Origin: the human T2T-CHM13v2.0 reference genome, Homo sapiens
Length of the DNA: 64,000 nucleotides
Strand: one strand, 5' to 3'
Assembly: GCF_009914755.1 (NCBI RefSeq)
Contig: NC_060933.1
Shown here: in pieces, positions 53,723-64,000 of the stretch
Layout: each line of letters starts with the position of its first letter
Position numbering within the stretch: the stretch's first letter is position 1
Program-made: the position numbers and the translations under genes
Notes under the pieces: model-generated
The model's database searches: none
The model's input: only the letters and a program-made list of their open reading frames with translations
Told to the model about the DNA's origin: nothing

Positions 53723-56700
53723 CTCTGCTAATATCTCTTGCTTAGAAAAGATTTATTCTGCTCTCTCTGACTTGAATCGAATCCCTGCATTAACTATCTT
53801 CAAGAACCACATAACTCTCTGGCATAGCACTTTCCCCATTTGTAATTATAGATGTATCTGTGTGATTATTTACTACAATGCTGCAGCCTCCATGAGGTTG
53901 GCTTCTACATTTTCCTTCAGTGTTATAGCTTCAGTACATATTGTGTCTGTGAAAATTATTTGCTAAATAAATGCAAAAGTGGGCAGACTGGTGGAGCAGA
54001 ACCAGCAGCTAATTTTATTAGTAAAAAGTCAGCCCCTCTGTTTTTTATAAACCAGGCTGGGAACTTAGATTTGGTCTTGTTTAACCTTCACCTAAATTTT
54101 TCCATATTAAAAAACTTCTTCTGCTTCTAGAAAGAATTGTTCTAAAGCATTCAAGACAGTGGCAAATACATTCTCACTTTAAAAATCAATCCCAGGAGCA
54201 ATTTATTACAGGGAAATTTCCTGGACTCCAAGAAGCACCTTGAAGTCAGGAGATGATTAATTTGATATAACTGAAGAGCTGCAAACATCTGCTCCCCGTT
54301 GACATCTGCCTCTCATTAAGTTACAGCCCTCTGTCTCCCTCTGCACTGGGGGCTGGCTTGTGTGTTGATCTGGTAACTCTAATTATATGGTAAGCCCAGT
54401 GCTCAAGGCCCTTGTGCCAGCCACCTGGTGGGGGCTCAATAAAAACTCGCTCTATTGCATTGTACTCCAGATCCACCCTGAGCACTTTGTAAGTCCTCCA
54501 TCACTCCTAAATAATAGAAATAAAAAACAGTAATGAGGTTGGTGGACACATTGTCATCCTGTAGCTCTGGCTACGGCTGAATCCAGATAGAATCAAACCC
54601 TTGATTGAGTCACATAAACAAACAAATTAAATCCATGAAAAATCTTCCAAATCTGTTATTTGGCATCAGGTTTTGCAATAACTCTTTAATTGTTATCCCT
54701 TACCCTGTTATCGCCTTTCCCACCGACGTTGCTATCAATGTAATTGTCTTAAAACACACTCTGATACTGAGCCATCCTATTCAGAAACTTCAGAGGCTCT
54801 GCTCTGCCCACGAACACGTACCACCTTCCTAACCTTGACTGTTAAGCCTTCCACTTCTTTGAATAAACCTAACCTCTGTGCCAGTACTTCCCTTCAGACA
54901 TCCCTGTTTTTAGTTATATGGTATGATTTCTTGCTTCCCAGTTCTGCTAGTGCTCTACCACTTTCATGCCTTAGCAAATGTAACTCACATAAAGCCCACG
55001 TGCCATATGGCACCATCTTGATTCAGTGTGTGTCATAGGTATATCAACCCTGACCCAAATAGACATACAAATAATTTAATCTTTACTGCAGTCTTTCATA
55101 AACATACCCAAAGCGAGAACATAGAAAAACTTCCTAAAACCTCTCTTCTCCCATTTCTTTCCTTCCTTTCCCCCGATATGCCTAGGCTCACCTAAAGTCT
55201 CTCTTCTCCCCAACTCTAAGCTCCCACTCCAAGATATTCTTCAAGCCCACCTTCAGGTTCTTTTGTCTCCCTTCCTAAGCTCTTCATATCTGTATCATTT
55301 CAGCCTCCCTGACTTCTTAGAACTTTCCGGTAAGAGCCCTGGAGCTAACTCAATAAACAAAAAAAATTCTTCCAGGCTAGGACATAGGGTAAGGGAAAAA
55401 AAATTGAAAAAATAAATTATTTTAGTTTGTCTTATTCCTGTCACATTTACAGTGTACACTCTGCATGGAATACTGTTGGCCCATTTCTAACATCAATACC
55501 CCACTCAATAGTTAAAGCCCAGAACAAAAGATCGTCCTCGAAACATTCCATGATGCCCTCTTAGAGAACTTTGCACATTCTATCTTTTCTTATAGCTTTT
55601 GGTGTAAATGTCTTATTTCTACTTTTGAAAACTGAGACTCAAGGTCATCTGTAAAACCCTTATTTCCCTTCAATACTCACCTAAATATCACTTCTAGGGC
55701 AAAGAGTTTCCTCTATACTCACCCAAAAATTTTTTCCAGGGCAATGGCTTCCCTCACTTTCTTTCTAGCCTTGGCTTGGTTATTTCTTTGATGCCACAGC
55801 AACTGGCACTAACCTGATATATCATAATGAAATTCTGTGGATTATTTACGTGTCTGTTTTGCCTTCTCTCACCCCGAACATGTATACTTTGAAAACAGGA
55901 AAATCTCTTATTCATCCCCAAACTTATCCAAGTACTCAGCCAAAACATGTTCTCAGAAAATGTGTGTGTACAATGTCATGTTTATGAAGTTATGTATTCT
56001 CCACAATATCTGTTTCTATACTGTACTCATTGTAGATTCTCGAAAAGTGTATTTGGAATTGAATTGAACATATATGAAACATTCAGCTTGATTGATTTTC
56101 TTCTTTGACATAACTTTATCTGTTTGGTGGTCTAAAAAGGTTTTCAAAGTGAAAAACTGGTGGAGAGAAAACAAAGGATTAAAAATAAACTAGTTTGACC
56201 AGTTTCTTTCCCTGTGGATATAAAGCCAAACTTGGAGCTTTGTCTAAGGAAATCACACTGCCAGGCAAAAGATAATAGGCTGAGAGTGGGTCCTTCTTTT
56301 GCAGCCTGCAAGGCTGCAAGACCTTTCATTTCTGTATTAGAATATTCTGTTATACTAGGCTCATGTGGCTCCTTTGGTTAATGGTGACAGAAAATGTCAC
56401 TCCAGGGCCACATAACTGCAAATACTACTGGCCTAGAAGCTGAAACAGATTGATACTATTGGCAAACCACACCTAGGCGGCTTTTTATAAGAGGCGGGAG
56501 AAAATAGAGTGATTAAACATAATCACTCTTATGCATCGTGCAACTAATCTCCAACATCCCTGGACTGCTCTCCAGGCTCCATAACTTACACCCAATCCAT
56601 GGAGGTAGGCCCATTAACTATGTTTCCAGTACATAAAGGAGTCTACAAACAAAAATTCATTAATTCTTTCAAAATTCAGTCCTTCTCCTGTGGAGCAGGA

Positions 56701-56779
56701 GCTTGGAGGAAAAAGGATATTTTTTTGGCAAAGGTTTTGAGTCAGAAGTTCAAGGTAGAGGCAGCCTGGGGAAGAAAAA

Positions 56780-57420
<641 letters not shown>

Positions 57421-57969
57421 CATTTGGATTACTGAATTAGTTAAAACTTTTGAGGATTATTTTTTTTTTAAGCATAGTTCTTGCACCTACTCCATCACAA
57501 CAAACAGGTGAGAACCAGTACCTGTCTCAGCCACTTCCTCTTCATATCCCAGACCCCATGCTCGGCTGTGGACCATGTTACTGGTCTTCATCCTCAGCTG
57601 AGTGACCCACTGATTTACTAGATTAGGTCTAGACTGAACTATTGATTCTATTAATATATAGTCCCTTAATTACATGCCCAAATCACATACCACCCCTTCC
57701 CTCCTCCTTTAGACTTCTAGAACACCCACTTGATAAGCCAGCCTCCTGACACCTGTTGCAAGAAAGGGAATTTAGAACACATGCGGGCAGAGGCAAACTA
57801 TATGATCTACTCCATGTTCTTGCACTGCATTTATTATGTTTCTGTCCATAGCCAGCACTTGGTTAAGCTCAGTGAATTAAAGGACAAGTTACCTAACCTC
57901 TGAGGGAAACTCAAGCTCTGAAAAGCCATTCCTCAAGCAACTACCTGGATATTCCTGTTTTTGAATGCA

Positions 57970-59000
57970 TGAGTTTATTTATTTAATTTATTAAGGATTT
58001 AGTGAGCAGTTAATCTAGGCCCCATGCATTCTGCTAAAGATTGGGGATGCAACAGTGAATGAACCTTTTATTCATTCAGCAATCATATAATGAGTTTTTA
58101 CTATGTGACAGAGAACCATTAGGGCTTAACCTATAAAGGAAAAAATATACAGAGATTACCCAGAAGGAGGGCACAGCAGGGACAGATGTTGTATGGTAGA
58201 GACAGACCTCTATCATATACTTATCCAAACACTAGGTAAAGGATAAGAGTAAGGCAAGAGAGAACATTCTAGACCAAGGAAACTGCAAGTACAAAAGCAC
58301 TGAGGCAGGAAGAGGAATGGCACAATTCAGAAAACCAAAAGCTAGTGTTACTGGAGCACAAGAACAAGGGGGAAGCTATTTCAAGAGGTGGCTGTGAGAA
58401 ACAGGAGGCAATGGCTCGATCACAAGACATCCTTTATACCATGTCAAGGAATTTGGACCTTTTCCTAAAGCTCCATTGGAAAATTTTAAGCAGGGTTATA
58501 AACTGACCAGACTTTTGCTGGAAGGGAGGGCCAAGCCTGGAGTCAGAACGACTAGTAGAAAAATAAACATGAAATAAGGAACATCTTAACAAAGACGGTG
58601 GCAATTGGGAATAGAGAAGAGAAGATGAAAGAGACATCAAGTCAGTGGAATCAGTAGAAGATAACTGCCAACAGGCTATTTTAAAAGCAGGGGAGGAAGA
58701 AGGACAAGGAGAAGATGATTCCCAGGTTTCAGGGGAAGGCAGTTTGAGAAGGAGTGGAATTAGACTGCATTTAGTTAACGACCTATTGTGTCCAATGTGG
58801 GGCATCCAAGTTAAGCATTAAAGACATGCAAGAGAAAAATTTGGGCTGGAAAAAAATAAATTTGGGTTCCACAGCAAATTGTGGGTATTTAAAAATGTGA
58901 GAATGGATGAGTTCACCCTGAGAAGCGGTATGTAGTGAAAAGAGAGGAGTCCTACTGGAGATCCCTGAAGACAGTCTATGTTTGAGGGGCTTTGGGCAAG
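57970..59000 (+). mobile_element. L2 LINE fragments
   Basis: ttcattcagcaa...tactatgtg; gaacattctagacc...aaagcactgaggcagga; gatgattcccaggtttc. Confidence 0.6.
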
Positions 59001-59083
59001 ACTACCAATGGAAAGCAATACATCAAACCAAAAGGCTGTTAAATAAAATGTTTAATCCCCCTGCTTTTAAAAATATACCTTTA

Positions 59084-59467
<384 letters not shown>

Positions 59468-60249
59468 CTAAAATTTGGCAAAAATTAATAGGATGACTGA
59501 GTTCAATTATTATTTTGAATGTCTGCATGCTCTGTTGATTGCCCAGCAATGTGCAAATGAGGGATTAAAAAAAGACGTGCACAGTTCATGAGTTATTATA
59601 AATTTATCCCATGAAATTTATCTCCTTGTCTTCTTTTCAACAAAATCACTAATGATGTTGTTGTAATCAAGATTCTTATATAGTCATGTTCTTTTCACGG
59701 TAGTGACAAAATAGAAAACTGAGGCAGTACCAACTGGAGATGTCAACAAAATTATTAAAGCAACATTTCAATTCAGAAATGAACCATTAATTTTATAGTT
59801 ATGTTTTACATAACTGTAAATTACATGACCCATGTAATTTTACATGGGTCAACAGATGTAGAGAAGGATTTCCCCAAGCCTGAACAGCGTTAGTCACGAG
59901 AGCAGTTGTTTAAGGTTATGAGACATACAGTCCCAGTACTGAGTACTGGATCCCAATTGTAGTGGTGCCCTTGTGTCCTTTAATAAATGTACTGGGAGAC
60001 TGTGACATGTGGGGCCTTCAAGAAGATGCTCCAGGCAGGGCTTCCTGTTGCTGAGTCTAAAGATGCATCTGAGGAGCATCAAGAGTTAAACAGTGGGTGG
60101 AAGAAGAGAATCCCGTGACAGAGTTTGAAGTATCATAGCCAGAGAAATTAGAGCAAAACCAAAAGTGGTACTATAAAAATCAAGGGAGAAGAATTTCTAA
60201 GTAGTTATCAACAAAGGCAAACATTTCAGAGAGGTGAAAAAAGCAGGAC

Positions 60250-60670
60250 ATTGAATAAACGAAATGTGGCATATTCATACAATGGAATGTTATTCAGCAA
60301 TGGGAAGGGATAAGTTCTGAAATATGCTACAATGTGGCTGAATCTCAAAAACACTCTAAGTAAAAGAAATCAGTCACAAAAGACCATGTATTGTATAATA
60401 TAACTTATATATAATGTCCAGTATAGGCAATTCCACAGCAACAGAAAGTGTTTTAGCAATTGTTGGGGGATGGCAGAGTGGAGGGAAATGGCAGTGACTG
60501 CTAATGAATATGGGGTTTCTTTTTGAGGTGATGAAAGTGTCCTAAATTTAGATTATGTTGATGGTTGCACAACTCTGTGCCATTGAACTGGACACTTTCT
60601 ATGACTAACTTTACGGTATGTAAATTACATCTTAATAGAGCTGTTTAAAAAAAAAAGAAAAGAAAAAATA
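60250..60670 (+). mobile_element. L1MB-type 3' end
   Basis: aatgtggcatattcatacaatggaatgttattcagc...gtgactgctaatg...gatggttgcacaactctgtg...A-rich tail. Confidence 0.85.
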
Positions 60671-62100
60671 GGAAGATATATCTGCTACTTCTAAGATCAA
60701 ACCACTCTATACAATCACACCAAACATTGTCCATCTAACTATGAAAAATCAAGTCCTGGGAGCCATCAGATGTTTAAGACTAATCTATCTTCCATGATGA
60801 TTGGCCCATTGCCTCTGACCAAAAAAAAAAGTCTATTTATCGAGAAACAAGGGAATGAGATAAAGGGACCATTTCATAATAAAGGTATTTCACACTAAAG
60901 TAAACTTGAAAACAGAGAACATTTATGCAAAAAAAAATCCATTTACTATGTCAGTAATTTTCAGCATTTCCCCTGCTGTTATTGTAGATAATTGAGTAAA
61001 AGCTTTTCCTTCTCTACATAAAGCATCAGTTTCCAACTGATTCTCTTAGAAATTTAGTTTTGAGATCTCACTTCAAGATCATGACTGTAGAGTTTATGGG
61101 AAATGCATATGTGTTTGAGTAAATAGAACTATTTCCTTTTCTTCAGGCAAATACTTGCAACAACTGGAAAAAAACAGAAGAGGGAAAGAAAGAAGTAAAA
61201 TCTCCCACCAAGTTTATCAACCCAGAGCCACAGCTACTGTTTTGTAATCTCCAGGCGACTATATATCTAGGCTATGAATCCACATCTTTTTCACCCAACT
61301 CACTATTCAAGATTTATGTGATTCAGGGTATTAAATGCTAATATATTTCTGTTGCTCAAATTTTTAATGTACGCATTAGTTCTGAAGTCCATAAGCTGGT
61401 TAATATTCACATTCTGGCTAACGCATAGTGTTGAATTTGTACCTTCTAAGAATTATTTTAGACTACAAGTTGGGGATATGATACCCACAGGCAAGCAAAA
61501 TGTAATGGGGAGCTTAGTAACTTATAAGAAATCTTATCACTCTAACAATAACAAACACAAATAATAGGATAATTAACATATTTTTTACAGTTCATACAAC
61601 ACAGTCATATATAATACTTTGATTTTCATGAAATAGGTAGATCAGGTATTACTATCATCTCCATTTTTAGCTGGATAGACTAAGGTTGGTCAAAACCATT
61701 AAATGACTTGGGAACATATCCTTGCTCACTGTTTCCAGAGCCCTCTGTCTGTAACACTCACTTGTGTCTGATTACTTGACACGTGTCTTCCTCTCTAAGT
61801 TTCATGGAAACGTGGTCCTAGCACAGCATCTGATGTGCAGTATGTGCTCCATAACCATTTGTTGAATTGAATTGATCAAGTTCCCACAACTAGTGAGGCA
61901 TGGAGACATGATGTCAGATGTCCATGTCACTTGTTCTTTTAAAGCCTTAGCTGTGTTTTATTTACCTATTGTTACTGTTGGCTCATAAAAATTAGAAGAA
62001 GAAGATGCCAAGTGAGACAGGTAGACTGGGAATGTTTATTTCTATACCATAAAATATTTATTTTTATACCTAAAACCACCTGTGTGAAACAGCACTTTGG

Positions 62101-62366
62101 CATATGGCTTAGTGATCATATGGCTTTATGGCCAGATAGCTCAGTGGTTGCATAGCCCAGTGGTCATAAGCCTCAGGGGTCATATGTCTCCATGGTCACG
62201 TAACTCAGTAGTGGGCTCAGTGATCGTATAGCTCAGTAGCTATAGAGGTCTATGAACAGATAGCTCAGTTGTGATATATATAGGCCAGTGGTCACATAGC
62301 TCCTTGGTCATATAACTCAGAAGTCATATATCTCAATGACCTTAATGGTTATATAGCTTAATTGTT
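62101..62366. repeat. Degenerate 16-bp minisatellite, about 17 units, consensus CATATAGCTCAGTGGT
   Basis: catatggcttagtgat / catatggctttatggc / cagatagctcagtggt / tgcatagcccagtggt / cataagcctcaggggt / catatgtctccatggt / cacgtaactcagtagt ... Confidence 0.85.
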
Positions 62367-63065
62367 CAGAGTCAGAGGACATATAATCAGGTCTTTTCCC
62401 CAAACTTCACTCTATCCTCTCCCAGATGTCAGTTTTTTAGCACACCACTAAACCTTCCTAAGCTGCAGTTTCCTCATCTGCAAAATGGAGATTAAAAAAA
62501 ATTAAAATCTCCCCGGATTATTTTCATGGCAAAATGAAATCGGATCTGTAAACCATGCAGCACAATGTCTGGCACTTAAAAAGCATTGATTGTGCATCAT
62601 TATCATCATTGTTATTATTACTCTTATTATTATTGTGTCCCTAAAGAGAAAGAAGAAAGTCTTTTGGGTTGAACACAGAATTGTCAACAGCAGAAAAGGC
62701 AATTTACTGATAACTGATACTTGATTTGGAGATAGGAAAGCTTTTACTCAATTTTCTGCAAGAATAGATGAGTAAATGTTAACTCTGTCATGTCTTCCAT
62801 GTCACACTGCAACCCCCAGAGGCAAGAACAACATCTCCAGCTTCCTGGGGAGAAGTTCATTGACTTGCCAGTTGAAGAACCCAAAGCCTCCTAGATTATT
62901 CTCCTCTCATTCTCTTTCACCAGCCCTGAGTCATTTAATCTCCTCATTCCACCTTCATTGCTATGTGCAGTATTTTTTGTAGGCAATTACCACCCCACTT
63001 GATCATTTTAAAGAAGGGAATTTCTAAATCCTTTTGCAGCTTAGAGAAGCATGTTCTTTCATTTG

Positions 63066-63114
<49 letters not shown>
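63066..63114. repeat. (CA)n microsatellite
   Basis: Directly visible. Confidence 0.95.
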
Positions 63115-63116
<2 letters not shown>

Positions 63117-64000
63117 CCCTTTACTGCTAGGTATTATAATTTCCAATTTCAAATGCTTCTTATGAACACAAGAATTCCCAGCTATTGTGGGATGAAGAAC
63201 TATGTCTTCCTCTCTGAGTCCCTTCGTCAGAGCCTCCCTGCCCTCCTGTCAGCCTGAGCCAGCCAGCAGCTCAGAATATGGTTGAAATAAATTTATACAG
63301 ACATTGACACTTCATTATTGTCTTGTGGGTATTAGTAAAAGAGAGTATCAAGAGTAAGGAACTTAGGTATAATCCTGATTTCATCACAGTTTAGGTGACT
63401 GAGTTGTCAGCAAATTATTCCATGTCCCCATAACTTGATTTACATGTTTGTTAAATGAAAATATAATACCTAGTTCATTGACCTGTGGTAAGATTACAGA
63501 AATAAAAATATTTGGTAAAATATAAGACATTCCTCAAAAATATTTTAATTGTTAGACATGATAGTACAGAGAAAGAAAGGTAATGCAAAATTAATATGAA
63601 TTTAGGACCCATTGAGTGATGGGTACTCTAACTGCTAAAATGTTACTTTTTTGATGTATGTATCAAGAAATTACCTTGTATCTACATTTATTTTTGTTCA
63701 AGAATTCTTTCTCTCTTCCTCTGGTGTGGAAGATGATGGCCAATGCTCTGTCTATATTCCCCTTCTCTCCTTACATCCTTTCTCCTGTCAAGCTCAGCTC
63801 TTCGCATTATTACTACTGTCAGCTTCAGACAAATATCTCACAAATTTACCCTGAAGCCTAGGGAGTCAGGAGACCACCAAGGAGCAGCACCAAGCAGAAG
63901 ATTATCACATCATGGAGAAGCCCCAAGTGGTACCACTTCACCTAGATGGTGAGCTCCCTGGAGGTCAGTGCCATGAAGGACTCATGGGGAGATTTGGACC

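Noticed and set aside
53355-53966. Hydrophobic and highly charged ORFs that look like membrane or coiled-coil proteins
   Set aside because: Artefacts of translating the GA-rich low-complexity tract.
62101-62366. Possible CRISPR-like array or tRNA cluster
   Set aside because: Units abut without unique spacers; no cas genes, B-box or cloverleaf; eukaryotic context.

Overview
Primate (most likely human) non-coding, AT-rich genomic DNA dominated by mammalian interspersed repeats (Alu, L1, L2, MIR, CR1/L3, MER41, THE1, MLT1/MLT2 LTRs, hAT and Tigger DNA-transposon relics). There are no intact protein-coding exons of a recognisable gene and no prokaryotic features. Two retrocopies are clear: a 3'-truncated, tailless 7SK pseudogene (2204-2440) and a 5'-truncated COP1/RFWD2 pseudogene (44544-45493). 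The COP1 copy begins with what looks like a retained intron 3' end (polypyrimidine tract + AG). A CpG-enriched, repeat-poor, promoter-like block at ~19.6-21.1 kb carries splice donors on both strands, a (CAA)n tract and the longest ATG-initiated non-repeat ORF; that ORF stays open if spliced to a candidate exon at 39647-39795. From memory only, the arrangement fits a large intron of ZBTB20 (minus strand, chr3q13.31) with an antisense lncRNA; this locus assignment is unverified. Other structure: an ancient ~550-bp local duplication (8.5 kb vs 12.2 kb), a degenerate 16-bp minisatellite (62.1 kb) and overlapping palindromes (59.8 kb). I found no evidence for a novel multi-gene system. Repeat subfamily names come from recalled consensus sequences and their boundaries are approximate unless a TSD is given.
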